Below are positions 1 to 16,545 of a stretch of DNA of 64,000 nucleotides, one piece after another; position 1 is the first letter of the stretch; every line of letters starts with the position of its first letter. Origin of the DNA: the human T2T-CHM13v2.0 reference genome, Homo sapiens; assembly GCF_009914755.1 (NCBI RefSeq), contig NC_060926.1; one strand, 5' to 3'. The notes below the pieces were generated by a model that did not search any database, was not told where the DNA came from, and was given only the letters and a program-made list of their open reading frames with translations. A program made the position numbers and the translations under genes.

Positions 1-1170
1 CATTTCTGGGAGATATTGGTTAATCACTAATTTAAGGCAAAATAAGAAAGCCAGAAGTCCTCCTTGACAAATTGTGAAGACTTTGCTCCCCTGACGTTGG
101 AAGGCAGAAAGAGCTGAGGCTCAGACCTGGGACTCATTGATAGGAGTTCAGGAGTTCCAGAGAAGGTTGAAATCTCAGCCCTAACTCATCTGATGATATC
201 TGAGAGGGCCTGACCCACAGATGGCTGTGGAGGTGGGTAACAGTGCTTGGCATCCCCATAGGCAGGATAGGAAGGCAGCTTAAAGAAGTACTGCTCAGTC
301 TCTACCACCAAAAGATATTGAGGATGGACCATCAGGAGGCTGAGGGTGGCCAACTCAATTAAAAAGCCATGATCTCTTCTGGAGCTGAGCCAGTTTTCAG
401 ACCTGGAACCCATTTACTAAAAATGATGCCAAGGTCCAAGAATGAAGACCCTGCAATGCCTTGGCAAGTATATATGGTAATGATTACCTCATTTCTTCCC
501 CCCCAAAGCACTTACACCCATTTGCTTGGGTAACCATACACAGAAATAAGGACTATACCTCATCACTTCAAGGACTGTTGGACACAGGGTCCAAATTGAC
601 CCAGGGATACCATCCACCACCCCAGCTGCCCACACAGAGATTGTTAGACTGAGTGCCAGGTCATTGATAGAGGCCTGGCCCAGGTCTGTCTCACAGTCCA
701 TCCACTGGGCCTATGTACCCTCTGGTTAATCCCTGGTCCCTGAAGGTAGAATCGAAATGAACACACTTGGTAGTTGACAGGACCCCCTTATTGATTTCTT
801 CATCAATGGGGTAAGAGCTACCACAATGAAGAAAGGCAAGTAGAGGCCTCTGAAAATATTCCTTCTACTCAGACCAGACAGTAAATCAAAAACTATGTTG
901 TATCCTGAGAGAAATGGCAGAGTGCTACCCTTAAAGACCTAAAGAATGCAGGGGTGGTAAGTCTCCTTCACATCCCCACTGAATTCACCAGTCTGACTCC
1001 TGGAGAAAACAGATGGACCCTGAGGATGACATTTGGACTACCAAAAACTCAACCAGGTAGTTGCTCACTTGCAGTTGCTGGGCCTATGTGGCACAGTGGC
1101 CAGGGCACATGAACACGGCCTCAGGTATCTACTGCACAGCTCCTGACTGGTGGGTGTGTTCTTTTCCATC

Positions 1171-1640
1171 TGCATTAATTTTCTACTGCTGCTGTAAAAA
1201 ATTGCCACAAATTTAGTAGCTTGAAATAGCACAAATTTACTATCTGACAGCTCTGTGGGTTAAAAGTCTGACGTGGGTCTCCTTGGGTGAAAATCAAAGG
1301 GTCAGCAGGGTTGCATTCCTTTCCAGAGGCCCTAGAGGAAAATCTACTTTCTTTTTCCAGCTTCTAGAGACCACCCGCATTCTTTGGCTCATAGAAAGCC
1401 AGTAACATTGCATTTCTCTGATCATTCCTCCATAGTCACACCTCCCTCTAACCCCAGCTGGGAAACGTTCTCCAATTTTTAAGGACCTGTGTAAATATAT
1501 AGGGACCACCTAGATAATTCCTCTGTCTCAAGGTCCTTAATCGTATCTGCAAAGTCTCTTGCCATGTAAGGTAACATATTAACAGATCTCTGGGATTAAC
1601 ATGTGGACATATTTGGCGGGGGGTGAATTATTCTGCTACC
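1171..1640 (-). mobile_element. MLT1 (MaLR) solo LTR inserted into the ERVL RT region
   Basis: MLT1-like termini; degenerate 5-bp TSD ccatc/ctatc; RT-like text resumes after it. Confidence 0.8.
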
Positions 1641-2355
1641 CTATCAGGAAGAATAATCAGAAGCAGTCCTATTCATATGGAATCAACAAGTATATATGTT
1701 TGCCATATATTTATGGAGCAACAATATACATTTGCTCGATAGCAATGTTAATTCTCCTGCCCTTTGTCATAATATAGCCTGAAGGGTATCACATTGGTTC
1801 ACTATATCTATGACATCATATCAGTCATATCAGCTTAGCAAGAAGGGAGAAGTACATTGCAGGCCTTGGTAAAACAGGCACTCTAGAGGGTGGGAGATAG
1901 AAAAACCTACAAAGATTTGGAGACTTGCCATGTCAGTGAAGTTTGCAGGGTCTAGTAGTCTGAAACATACTGGAATCTCCCCTCCAAAGTTAAGGACAAA
2001 TTACTGCATGTTTTACCTCCTATTAAGGAGGATGCATAACACTTGGTCCTCCTCTTCAGGTTCTGGAGGCAGCATATTCTACACATGGAAATACAGTTCT
2101 GACCCATTTACTGCGTGGCACAAAGGGCTACAAGCTTCGATTAAGAACCCAGAAGAGGAAAGAGCTCCACAGCAGGTCCAGGCCCATGTCGAGCAGAACC
2201 TCTGCTACTAGGGATACCTCTGATGGAGAAAGACACCATGTGGAAATTATGTCAAATTCCAGTGGGAATATCAGTGTAGACCCTCTAAAGTTCTAGAGAA
2301 TGTCCAGACTATCTTTAGCAAAGAACTATACAGTACTTGAAAAACTGTTTCTGTT

Positions 2356-2648
<293 letters not shown>

Positions 2649-4732
2649 CTATGCATCAGGAGCTTGGTACCATTGGACCCAATAAGCCATGAGGTCAGGC
2701 CCAGCAACCATCCATCTCAAGATGGAAGTGGTCCATAAGGACAGAGGACACAAGTATGCTGCATGTGCAGGTGGCCCCAATTCCCCAGTCATCCACTGCT
2801 TTTACACGAGTGCCTCTCCTCAGCTCTCACTTATGTGCACAGGAAATGGGGCAGAGCAGAGTGGGGTAAAGAAGGATTCTTTATGAGCAGCTGTCAGAAG
2901 AAGGAAAGGGCCAAGCTTGATTCACAGATGAGTCTGCTTGGCACATGGGTATAATCTGAAAATGTTTCAGGCCTTCACAATAGCCCTATCCAGGTGTGGT
3001 CCTGAAAGACAGTGGTGAGGAGAGAACTTGCCAATGGCAGAGCTTTGAGCAGTACACCTGGTCATCACTTTGTTTGGAAAGAGAAATGAAATGGCTCAAG
3101 GTAAGAATATATAAACACTCATGGGCAGTGCAGAATGGCTTGGCTGGTTGGTAAGGGCTCTGGAACGACAAAGACTAGAAGATACGGGACAAGGCAAAAA
3201 GACATGTGGAAGACCTATGGTAGTGGACACAAAGTGTGAAAATCTTTGTATCACATGTTAACACCAACTCACCTACCACAGATGAGATAATAAAAAACAA
3301 GTAGACAGAATCATTTGACCAGGTGACGTTAGCTAGCCTCTATCACCAACCACCCAAAGGCTGGCACAATGGACTCATAAATGAAGTAGCAATGGTGACA
3401 GGGATGAAGGCTATGCATGAACCCATTTTCATGGGTTACATCTCATTAAAGGTTATCTAACCACTGGCATTGCCAAATATCCAAGCTTCTAGCAACAGAA
3501 ATCACTCTGGATCCCTGCTATGACACAATTCCTCAAATACATCCATCAACCATTTGGTGGCAAGTTGATTACATCAAGCCCATTCCACCCAGGAAGGAAC
3601 AACAATTCATCTTACCTGGAATTGACACATATTCTAGGTAAGGGTTTGTCTTTCCCATCAACAGGACTTCCTTAGCCACCACCACTATCTGAGGGATTCC
3701 AGAGTATTTGATCCACTAATTTGGAATTCCACGTAATATTGCATGTGACCTAGGAACTGATTTTATAGCTTATGTTAAAGGAAGTGCAACAATGAGCACA
3801 TAACCATGGGATCCACTGGTACATTCTGAACCATGCAGAAGCTGCCTGCCTGGTATGACAATGGAATGACCTTTTTAAAGTGCAAAAGATGTACAAGCTT
3901 GGAGATGCTCCCTGGGCAACTGGAGTGGCATTCTCCAGGACTCAGCATGTGCCCTAAATCCATAGCCATTATATGGTGCTGTGTTTGCAGAAGATAGAAT
4001 ACATGGTTATGGAAATGAAAGGGAGGAAGGAGCCCCAATTATAATCATCTCCAGTGACCTACTTAGAGAATTCGTGTTTTCCATCCTCCAACTCTAGGCT
4101 CTGTATACCTAGAGGTCCCAGTTCCCAGGAGGGCAACATCTCCACCAAAGGTGACAGCAAGAGTCGAACTTTAAACTACAAATAGCCTGTCACGCTAGCC
4201 TCCTTATGTTAAGAGATGACCAGGAAGGAAAGGAGGTGTAATTCTCACAAGGGTAGTCGACTCTTACCATGAAGAGATAGGCTACTTTCACACAGTGAGG
4301 ACAGAGAAGAATGTGTTTGACATGCAAGTGATCCACTGGGTGGCTCTTGGTACCTTCTTTTCCAATTTTAATAATAAATGGGCAAGTGCAACAGCCACAG
4401 CCTGAAGAGGGCATGGTGACCTGGAGTTTGGAGCTCTCAAGAGTGAGAGTCTGGGTCACCTCACCAGATAAGCCACCTAGATGAGGAAAGGAGCAGACCA
4501 AGGCTGAGGGGCATCTACAATGGGTGGTAGAAAAAGGAGACAATGAGCACCTCTGCAGGTGTGAGACCAGCCACAGCTTCAGGGCATGTTGTTTGTCCTT
4601 TTAACCCTCTTATCATAATTTTCCCCAAAAAAAGAGATTAAACAGGTTCCTGGATGAACTTTCCCAGATGGAGCAGACTTACTATGCAGAGCAAACGGAT
4701 CCAAAAAACCAAAAGATAGACTCTAGTGGATG

Positions 4733-5150
4733 ATGTGGTAGACCATTCAGATGTCCCTGTCAGGACCAAGACACTCATTCCATCATCTTCCAGGAATGTC
4801 AGCTGCTGATGGCTTATAGGAATTGTGTTGGCCAAGGGGGTCCCCTACCCAGGATTTGTGCTAGGCCAAAGGTTATGTTCTTTCCCCACTGGAGTTCACA
4901 TATAATGATTGTTGGCTGCAAAGGTATGAAGGCATGGCCCCTTTGATTCAGTTCAGGACATGTTTAAAGGGTCATCCCAGCTGCAAAGCTCCCTGCAGAT
5001 TGGCTGAGACCTCTGTTACTACTGCATCATAGTTCACTTCCTCTTCCTGCCCAGCCTTGGGTGCCTCAAGGCTCATAGCTGTTGCTCCTCAAAAAGTACC
5101 TGAGTGCAAATGTCTGTCTCAGAGGGCAATTCCTAGGGAAACCAATCTAG
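4733..5150 (+). mobile_element. 3' LTR of the ERVL element (LTR16-like)
   Basis: Directly follows the internal region; starts TGTGG; 3' end gtctcagag...cctagggaaaccaatcta resembles LTR16. Confidence 0.6.
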
Positions 5151-5864
5151 GAATCCTAACGTTTTCAGAAAAAAAAAAAAAAAAAAAAATCACATGATCA
5201 TCATAAAATATTTCACTTTTTAAGCCTTATCTGTCTTGTACACAGTTAAATACACCATAGTTTCTGAAAGGCTGAAAAACAGTGCCTAGGAATATCACTT
5301 TTGGGAAATAGACTTGAATTCTTTAATTTACATAAGCAACACATGCACAGGGTTTGTGAAAATCTATTCAGATTTGTATGTATTATATTGAGTTCTGTGG
5401 TCACGTGCCTCATCCAATATTTGGCTTGTAATAAATTCTCAGAATGATAGCTAATGCCATTTTCATCATTGTCTACATCACCATCACTTGGCATCTTTTT
5501 TGCTTGCCTCGTTACCTGATCCTCATCACCTTCTCTACTCTCCTGCTGCCACACAGCATTCAACTGGGCATTCTGCTCCCACTCCAGCTATCCCAAGGGT
5601 CAGATCTGTCCTCCTACCCCATGGCTCATGGTTCGCCTCAATCCCACTTTACCCTGCAAATAAGATGAGGCATTATGCCTTGCTGAGATGACACAATTGC
5701 CTCCGTTAGTACCACAAAATATAAACCCCCCCAAAAAGCTTAACATGATTTTAAAAAACAAAATCCAAGTAAGCAATGATTTGCCAAGAGGAATGTGAAG
5801 TTTCAAATTTATTTAGTTTCCACAACTCTTTGTAAATCTCATTTGTAAACTTTCAAAAAATATA

Positions 5865-6454
<590 letters not shown>

Positions 6455-7075
6455 TAAAAGGCAATTCATTTTAAGATAGAGCTATAGTTAATAATATGGA
6501 AATATCTTTAATACATATTAATTGGAAAAGCAGATTGGAGAACAATATGTTTAGTATAATTCCATTATGTATATCTTTTACATTGTTTACATCTGTCATA
6601 CCCATATTTATTTTGGTTCATTTGCTCTTTCAGAGACCTACATATATACGTTAAAATGGCCTAATATTAAAATGCTTTTTCCCATTTCTCCTTATTTTTT
6701 TGCTTGAAAATGTTGATATTATTTTCAACATTTGGCATTTAGCCATTTTTTTAGTCAGTCTTCCTGAATTTTTAAATTTTAGTTACTCTCTTATATATGT
6801 CATAAAATTGGGTTTTGTCTTGTGATATATCTAAAAGTCTTTTTGTTTAATTGATAAAAGCAATGTGTCTCATTTTTATGTTTTTGTTTTTATTGCCTTT
6901 GTAAATATTTTATTATATAGAATCTGCTGTATTTGTGTTGTATGTTTCTTCTCATAATTAAAAACATGTGTGTTTTTATCCTAGAGGCTACTTTTATAAT
7001 TCAGACTTCATCAGATACCCTATAACTCTATATTCGTAAGATCTATCAGTTCCCTCCTGTGATCAGTAAAAATAA

Positions 7076-7682
7076 TGACACAGGATTTTCATCTTTGTCA
7101 CTTTGCAAGCCGGGGACCTCTAGCCAGTGACACCCTGCCTGGGCCTTGCTTAACCACACTACCTGCTGCAGGAGATAGCCCTCCCACTTGGCCTGCCTGG
7201 GGCCAGCCCCGACTTGCGCACTTCTTGAGTTCTCCAGTTCTTGTCCTGTGCCAAGAAGAATGAGGATGTGCTGACAATCAGAGTGAGCAAGGTGGGGAGT
7301 TTTATTGAGTGATGAAACAGCTTTCAATGGAGAGGGGACATGGCGGCGGGGGGGGGGGTCTCCCTACCTGAAGGCGAGAGAGTCCCCTCAATGTGGCTGA
7401 GTCCGGGGCTTTTATGGGTTCAGAATGGGGGAGGGGCAGGCCATAGGTAATATTGGAAAAGGCAACATTTGATTGGTTAAAAGGCATTGTTCAGAAAGAA
7501 TCAATCGGGAAAGGGAGAGCAAACAAGAACAGAAGTTCTCACTCTGGGTTGTGGGTTTCATCCTGGACCAGCAGCAGTCCAGTCTTTCAGCCCTCAGGCT
7601 GTTTTTGGCTTGAAGGTTGGGTTTCACTGGGGACCCACCCTTGTCTGCCTAGGCATTTGGCTGCCTCCTGTTGCTGCTATCA
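7076..7682 (-). mobile_element. ERV1-class solo LTR (MER52/LTR27/MER50-like group)
   Basis: TG...CA termini, 4-bp TSD ATAA (7072-7075 and 7683-7686), AATAAA on minus strand, CCAAT boxes. Confidence 0.8.
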
Positions 7683-7734
7683 ATAATCATTCTATTTCCT
7701 CCCTTTCTCTACTCCTGATCACTCTTTTATTAGT

Positions 7735-8058
7735 GTTTTTTTTGTTTGTTTGTTTGTTTTGTTTCTTGGTTTTTTTTTCAGACAGGGTCTCCTTATGTCA
7801 CCCAGGTTGGAGTACAGTGGCACAGTCACGGCTCACTGCAGCTTCCACCTCCCAGACCCAAGCGATCCTCCCACCTCAGGCTTCCGGAAAGCTGGGGCTA
7901 GAGGCACATACCACTACGCCTGACTAGTTTTTGTATTTTTTGTAGAGACAGGGTTTCGCCATGTTGCCCAGGCTGGTCTGGAACTCCTAGGCTCAAGCAG
8001 TCTGCCTGCCTCAGCCTCCCAAAGTTTTGGGATTACACATGTGAACCACTACACCTGA
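7735..8058 (-). mobile_element. AluJ
   Basis: Diverged Alu dimer with poly(T)-rich tail. Confidence 0.9.
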
Positions 8059-8139
8059 CACTCTTTTAGTGTTTACCTTAGAATTGTTACATACACTTTT
8101 ACTACTTAATTTGTCAGTTTTAAATAGCATCCTTTATCC

Positions 8140-8359
8140 CAGGGGGTCAACAAATTTATTTTGTAAAAGATTAAATAGTAAATATTTTAGGCTTTGTGAT
8201 TCAATCTTTATCACGACAACTTAACTGCCGTTATAGCATGAAAGCAGCCATAAACAATCTGTAACAAATGAACATGGCTGTGTTCCAATAAAACTTTATT
8301 TATACAAAAACAGGTGGTGGGCTAGATTAAGCCTGTGAGCGGTAACTTGCCCATCCCTG
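8140..8359. mobile_element. MER58-like hAT-Charlie MITE
   Basis: cagggg...ccctg termini; ggctgtgttccaataaaactttattt core. Confidence 0.8.
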
Positions 8360-8692
8360 CTTTAATGTAGCAATTATAGTAAGCACTTATATAACTTTTC
8401 ACCTTCTTTCTCTTGTTACTTTCCAACTTTTGTTAGTTACATATGGTTCATATCATCAAGGAAAATAATATTTACATTCTCTTATGTCACCCTAATTTCC
8501 ATATTTACCTAGGTCTAGATTCTACAGTTCGATGGATTCATTCAATGTTCACCACCAATGTTTTTATCAGTTTTCCAGGCTTCTTGCAGTTGAATATACT
8601 CTTTTATCTAGTAAATTACTTAAGAACAGTTCATGGGAACTATATTCCCTGAGTTCTTGGATGTTCAAATGGTAAGTTGCCTCTATAACTGA

Positions 8693-9072
<380 letters not shown>

Positions 9073-10311
9073 TAGCATTGAATGTTGCTGTGGAGAAACC
9101 AACGATCAGTCTGCTTATGCTTTATACATGACTTGATCTTATTGCCTGGATGATAAAACATAGCAAAGAGTCTATACAGTGAAATATTTACGGAAGTGGT
9201 CAAAACAAAAACACAACATAAAATAACAGACTTATTGCTTGTATAAATTGAAGAAAAAGACTTGTAGACAATCTCACAAAACAAAATCTAATTCCATCTA
9301 TTGTTCATTTTGTTTCTAAGAAAATAACTAAAATGTTTAAAATTTTAGGAAGGTTGACTATAAAAGAATGGCAAAATGCCAAACAGAAAGAACATAGAGG
9401 TTACGATTATGAACTCAGACAATGCTCCCAGGAGTCTTTAAATAGAGTTGAATTGCAGTATATTTATTAAGATCTGTCTTCATGTCGATCATTCTTGGTC
9501 AATTTTCTCTGAGACCCTGTTTACTTTTCCATTAAGCACATTCAAGTCGCTTATTGCAGGAAGTTGTGTTGAATTATATCAATAAATTTGTGTTCTGTCC
9601 CATTCATTTCATAATTTTTCTCTTGGTCCTTCACTTATTCATATTTCCTTTCCCTGTCTTCCCATTCCATCATTTTCTTTCAACCTTTTTCTTTTTCACT
9701 CTCAAATTTTTGTCTTTTTGTTTTTAAAGTATTTGCTTTTTACTTTTTAGAAGTTTTGCCTTTTTCAAATAAGCATGCCTTTACTTTTTATACTTCAAAT
9801 CCTTAAGATAATATAGTACTATAAATGAGACTATTTTTAAAAATCTATACCTCAATTTGTAGAAGGATAAAACTCATTTTATGGAAGGTAAAAGGTAAGA
9901 GTCTGTTCTAAGAGTACACAGGCTAATAGTGTCTCCTAGCCTTTGAAATCCTTTTTTGTTTTGCTCAGATTTCTCATGTATACCCTCTACAATCAACAGT
10001 GTCAGTTTTCCTTCATGTTCCTTCCAACAGAGCCCTAATTTCAATTATAGGGTCTGTTTTTGTTTTTGTTTTAAATTCTAGGCTCTGTGCTTGTTGGGGA
10101 TGATAGATGTTTGACAGCTTTCTCGCTTTCTTCTAATGTAATTGGTCCATATAGATATGTTATCATCCCTTGAAACTTATTTGGTAAATTATATTATCCC
10201 TATTTATATATTAGCAACTTTTAATTCAATACATCTCTCCCTGATCTTTTTGTCTCTTTGCTTTGGGTCCTTGGTTTAATTACTTTTAAAATTAATTCTA
10301 AAATATTTGTC

Positions 10312-10959
<648 letters not shown>

Positions 10960-10964
10960 TCATA

Positions 10965-11835
10965 TTTTTTTTTTAAATAGACTTTATTTTTTAGAGCAGT
11001 TTTAGGTCCACAACAAAATTGAGCAGAAAATACAGTATTCATATATACTCCCTGACTGCATGTGCATATAGCCCCCACCCCACTATCAACATCCCCCACA
11101 AGAGGGATACACGTGTTATAAATGATGAGCCTACAATGACAAATCAATATCACCCAAAGCCATAGTTTACATTAGGCTTCACTTTTGGAGTTGTACATTC
11201 TATGGATTTGGACAGATATATGGCATGTGTCTACCATTATACTATCATAGAGAGTAGTTTCACTGCCCTAAAAATCCTCTGTGCCCCGCCATTTCAGCCC
11301 TCCCTCCCCCAAACCCCTGACCACCACAGATCTTACTACTGTCTCCATAGTTTTGTCTTGTCTAGAATGTCATATAGTTGGTATCATATGAAGCCTTTTC
11401 AGATCGGCTTCTTTCACTTAGTAATACGCATTTAAGGTTCCTCCGTGTCTTTCCATGACTTGATCGTTCATTTCTTTTTAGCACTAATTAATATTCCATT
11501 GTCTAAATGTACCACAGTTTATTTATCCATTCACCTGCTGAAGCATATCTTGGTTGCTTCCATGTTTTACAGTTATAAATAAAGCTGCTCTAAACATTTG
11601 TGTGCAAGTTTTTGTTCATTTGGGTAAATACCAAGGAACATGATTGCTGGATCGTATGGTAAGGGTATGTTTAGTTTTGTAAGAAACTACCAAACTGCTT
11701 TGCAAAGTGGCTCTACCGTTTTGCATTCCCACCAGCAATGAATGAGAGTTCCTATTGCTCCATATCCTTGCCAGTATTTGGTGTTGGCAGTGTTTTGGAT
11801 TTGGATTTTGGCCATTTTAACAGGTAAGTGGTATG
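10965..11835 (-). mobile_element. L1MA/L1MB 3' end fragment
   Basis: L1 3'UTR and ORF2 C-terminal similarity ([19 protein letters not shown]). Confidence 0.85.
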
Positions 11836-11837
11836 GC

Positions 11838-12146
11838 CTTTTTTTTTTTTTTTTTTTCTTTTTGAGATGGAGTATCACTCTGTTGCCCAAGCTGGAGTGC
11901 AGTGGCACAATCTTGGTTTACTGCAAGCTCCACCTCCCAGGTTCAAGCGCTTCTCCTGCCTCAGTCTCCCACGTAGCTGGGATTATAGGTGCCTACTACC
12001 ATGCCTGGCTAATTTTTTGTATTTTTAGTAGAGATGGAGTTTCACCATGTTGGTCAGGTTGGTCTGGAGCTCCTGTCCTCAAGCAATCCATCCACCTCAG
12101 CCTCCCGAAGTGCTGGGATTACAGGCATGTGCCACCATGCCCGGCC
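11838..12146 (-). mobile_element. AluS
   Basis: Full Alu dimer. Confidence 0.93.
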
Positions 12147-12479
12147 TCATTCTTTTTTAATGTCATAGTTTTATGACATGGGCTGCAACATTCTTCTAGA
12201 GTCTGCACTTCATTTGATATTTGTTTTTCCTACTACTTTCCTTCTTTCTTCTTGTAACATCTTTGTATATTAAAGATCCTGTGATGGCTCCTTTTTTATT
12301 ACTTTTTACAGAAACAGTTGATTTTTTTTCCTGTATCAGCTTTTTGCTTTCTTACTCATGTGATTTTCCTGTATTAGCCAACCAATTACGGTGAAAATGG
12401 TGACACAGAAGGACAGGGGGAAATGGGGCAACTCATAGTTCCTTTTCCCTTCAGTTGTTCTTTTTCCTTTCCTTTTCTT

Positions 12480-12767
12480 TCAAAAAAGAGAGAGGGTCTT
12501 GCTCTGTTGCCCAGGATGGAGTGCAGTGTTGCAATCATGGCTCTCAGTCTTGAACTCCTGAGATCAAGCGATCCTCCCAGCTCAGCCTCCAGGGTAGCTA
12601 AGACTACAGGCCTGCACCACCACGCCAAGCTAATTTTTAATTTTTTTGTGGAGATAGGGTCTCACTATGTTGCCCAGGGTTGTCTCAAATTCCTGGCCTC
12701 AAGTGATCCTCCCCTCTCAGCCTCCCAAAGCACTGGGATTACAGGTGTGAGCCTGTGCACCCAGCTC
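12480..12767 (-). mobile_element. AluJ
   Basis: Diverged Alu dimer. Confidence 0.9.
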
Positions 12768-14038
12768 AGTTTTTCTTTACTCATCAGTAAGTCAAAGGTA
12801 CAGACTGTTGGTAGAAAGTCCTCATACAAAAAAATGAAATGAAAACAATCTGAGCTCATTTTGTATAGCATTTCCATTGTTCTGGCAAACACAAAATATA
12901 TATGAATGTACAAACTGAGAAATATAAATTGTATAATTTTAGTGATTCTGCGTAAAATTTAAATGTTCTTCTATTTACATTTAAAATTGCCATTTTATGC
13001 TAATATCATTAAATTTTAATTTTTCTTTTCTTAGAACAACAATAAATTTTAAAAACTTCATGACAAGTCGAGAGGGAAAGTACAGAGGAAAGGAAGGAAT
13101 TTTATGTTTTAGTAATTTTCACATCATTTTTCCTTGATTTTCGAAGGAGGGCCTTGCATTTTCAGGCCCTGCAAATTATGCAGCCAACCTTGCATAGGAG
13201 GTTAGTGCTGGAAAGACCTTAGAGATTATCTAGCTCAATCCATTCATCAGACACAAAAGATGGACTGAGAAAGATGAAATGATATTTTGCTTAGGAAATT
13301 AAAAGGGGAGAGTAGGATGGGAAAAACTTCCTCCATCTTCAGATCTTCAGGAGTGAACGGTGGTTTCACTGAAAGACACTAAGTCCACGGGGAGCCGCAC
13401 CTCTCAGATCTGTCTCTTTGCAGGTTGTCTAACGCCCACTCCCTCCCGTGTTGATCTGGGCTTCTCTCACATTAGAGGGCAGTAGAGCCAAGTACCCAGA
13501 TCCTTTGCAGCTGCTGCATATTTTGGCCCCACGTCCACCATCCTGGGTTTCCCCCTGTGGGTGTCCTTCCCACACATTCAACATCCAAGCAAGGTCCTAC
13601 ACCACCAAGAGAGTCCCGCCAGCCCTGGGCACCTACGGGGACTTCCAGTGGACACGTATTCTATTCTTGGGAACTTTCGGTTTCTAAGAAGTCCACAAAG
13701 CCTTTAAAAGTTTGGAAAAAGAGTTGAAAAGAATCGTAAGAGGTAGGATTTAGAGGAGAACGGGGAGTCCCGATGCAACGCCCTGAGTCTTCCTCCCTTA
13801 GACAACTTTTTCCTTCCTGTGAAGACAGTATGCAAGGAAAAAAAGAGAGTGCTAGAACTGAATTGGGAACAATGTAATGTCTTTTTCTATTGCTCTGGCA
13901 AAATCCTTGCTGAGAAACTGAGAAGTGTTGATTCTGAAAGCTTTTTTAGAAATTCTTTCCAAGGCAACTTAATTCAACAACACATTTAACAAGAGTCTTT
14001 TGTCAGACATCCTGTCCTCTGATATTTTAGAAAACACC

Positions 14039-14087
14039 ACACACACACACACACACACACACGTGCACATGCATGTATGCACACACA
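14039..14087. repeat. (CA)n microsatellite with alternating purine-pyrimidine extension
   Basis: Seen directly. Confidence 0.9.
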
Positions 14088-16127
14088 CTTTATTTTCACT
14101 TTTCTTCCCATCCAGCCCAAGGCATGCCCAGAGCACAGCAAAGCAACGCTTGGAGCTTTGAAAGGACACCATGTCCTTTCAAAACATGATTTTGAATTCC
14201 ATCCTGCCTTCTCTCCACCTACATTAAAACTCTTGAAGGACATTTTCTTCTAATACTGTCTTTTTTGGGACTTCTTCATGTTGCCTGCAAATTATCTCTT
14301 TTCGAATCACAGCGTTTTGGGCACAGACCATCACTGCCCACGGAGTGATGAAGCAGACCGGGGCTGTGGTTACAGAGTCAGAAAGAAGGGTCTCCTGCCC
14401 CAGGGACCACCACACCCTCTCCCAGCATTCAAGCTGCCCAAGCTTTCTCAGAAAACATCTTTCCAGGCCATCACCAGCAGCGGGTTTTACCAAAAACGTC
14501 CCACTCTCTGGCTTCCTTGCTGATCTGTGGGCCTTGCTGGATCCACCCGCTCACGCACGGCCCTCCCCACAGACCTCTGCCTCGGCTGGATTCTTCCCTT
14601 CCACTGGCTCTTATGTGCTGGACTTCTGGATTCTCATTTGCTTCCTGAATTTTGTCGCCAGGACTCAGAATTCAGTCCTCCTGTCCAGTTCTGCTCTTGC
14701 GAGAGCCAACTCACATGCAAGCCCTCAAATCCTTCCTCATTGCTCTGAGGCTGGTTCTGGAGCACTTCGGCAGGGCCTGTATTCTAGCATAGTATCATAG
14801 TGCTTGCCTCCCCCACTAAAATGAAAATCAGGGACAATGACTCTTTCTCCAGGCCTCCTCTTCTACCCAAATACCTGGTGCTGGACTGGTATGCCGGCAC
14901 ACATTAGATGCTCAGTAAATAATTGCTGTCTAAAACAGATGTTCTCCACTGCAAGCACAACATTCCTTGTTAACATATCTGCACAAAAACCCAGAAAACA
15001 AATGTGGTTGTAACTTTGATTTCAGTTTGACAAACGTCTTTCAGTTGTGTTTCCAGAACGCCTCTTCCATCAACTTCAAAAGGCTGTGAACCGGGAGGCT
15101 GTCACACACGTAAGATCCAAAAAGCCACGTGGACTGCTCTGCCCAGCTGCAGGGCACTAGGGGCTGTTGTTGAGCTCTGAACAGATCCTGGGATTATTTA
15201 TAATTGAAAATCAGACTCTGAGAGCCTTTAGAGTCATGAAGGAACTCATTATTCTCCTTCCCCACGTGCTTCTCCTCTGTTTTTCCCACCTCTGCCTCTG
15301 ACCTGACATCTGACCACACTCACAGCAGGCTCTTCAGATCCCCCAGGCCTCAGAGCACCTGTGCTTGGCAAACAGCTGCTTTCCTGCTGGACTGAGACCC
15401 GCAGACCACCTGCATGCCCACACATACCCTTCTGACTGCAATGGAGCATCAAAGACTGAGAGCGAGGACCGGGTGGCCAGCTGAGGCGGAAACTCCGCCA
15501 GAGCTGACTTATTCCCAGGCTTATCTCAGCAGGGGCCTGCAGAAGTGGGGACACGGAATTGAGGCCACTGTGAGTTTTCGGTGTAAGCTTAGTCCCATTT
15601 CCAATCCACATGATCACCTCCCTGCCCCCTCCCCCTCCACATTCTTGGCCTGAGCCAGTCCCTCCCGTGAACACAGCAAAGGCCAGGTGACCAAGAAAGT
15701 GGAATAATAAAGGATTTTAGACTGGGGGAGGCAACTAATGGTCTTCTAAGCCAGTGAATAAAAAACTGTTTTAGCTGCCCAACCCTTTCTTCAAAAGAAC
15801 CTTATTGGAAAGTCAAACAGGCAAAACCTATAAAAACCCAGAAAGAACAATCCACACTTCTGCTCTCTGGTTTTGCTTCTATCTGGCCATGATGTTTTCA
15901 TCATTTTACTCTTCTGCCTTAGCTCCCTTTCATTCCTGACAAGCAGAGGCCTCTGACATCTCTGAGCCCAAACATGGGTACAGCAGTGCCTCTGAAGCCA
16001 GCAGTGCCAGACCAGCAGCAGAACTTCTCTTGCCCATCTGGGAATGGTGTTTACTGAAAACCAGAGAAAACAGGCACACTGATGAGTCCATCAGTTAGAT
16101 TATTCTTTCTTGAGAGTGGCTGAAACC

Positions 16128-16545
16128 TGTATGAGTTTGTTCTCACATTGCTATAAAGAAATACCTGAGACTGGGCAATTTATAAAGAAAAGAGGTTTAA
16201 TGGGCTTATGGTTCTGCAGGCTGTACAGAAAGCATGGTAGCATCTGCTTCCAGGGAGGCGTCAGGAAGCTTCCAATCATGGCAGAAGGTGAAAGGGGAGT
16301 AGGCATCTCACATGACAGGAGCAGAAGCAAGAGAAGGACGTGGGGGAGGAGCCACCCACTTTTAAACAGCCAGATCTCACGAGAACTCACTCACCATCAT
16401 GAGAACAGCACCAAGGGGATGGTGACAAACCATTCGTGAGACATCTGCCCCCATGATCCAATTACCTCCCACCAGGCCCCACCTCCAGCACGGGAATTAC
16501 AGCTCAACATGAGATGTAGTGAAGACACGGATCCAAACCATATCA
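16128..16545 (-). mobile_element. MST (MaLR) solo LTR nested in an older MLT1 LTR (~16085-16940)
   Basis: tgtatgagt...aaaccatatca termini; TSD aaacc/aagcc; flanks are MLT1-like (ctgattgg...ccaatcactgt). Confidence 0.85.

Noticed and set aside
13469-13484. CTCF-like motif acattagagggcagta
   Set aside because: Mismatches at two high-information cytosines; not supportable without ChIP data
14345-15674. 151-aa and 141-aa ORFs in the repeat-poor interval
   Set aside because: Low-information translations, GTG starts, no motifs; expected by chance at this GC content
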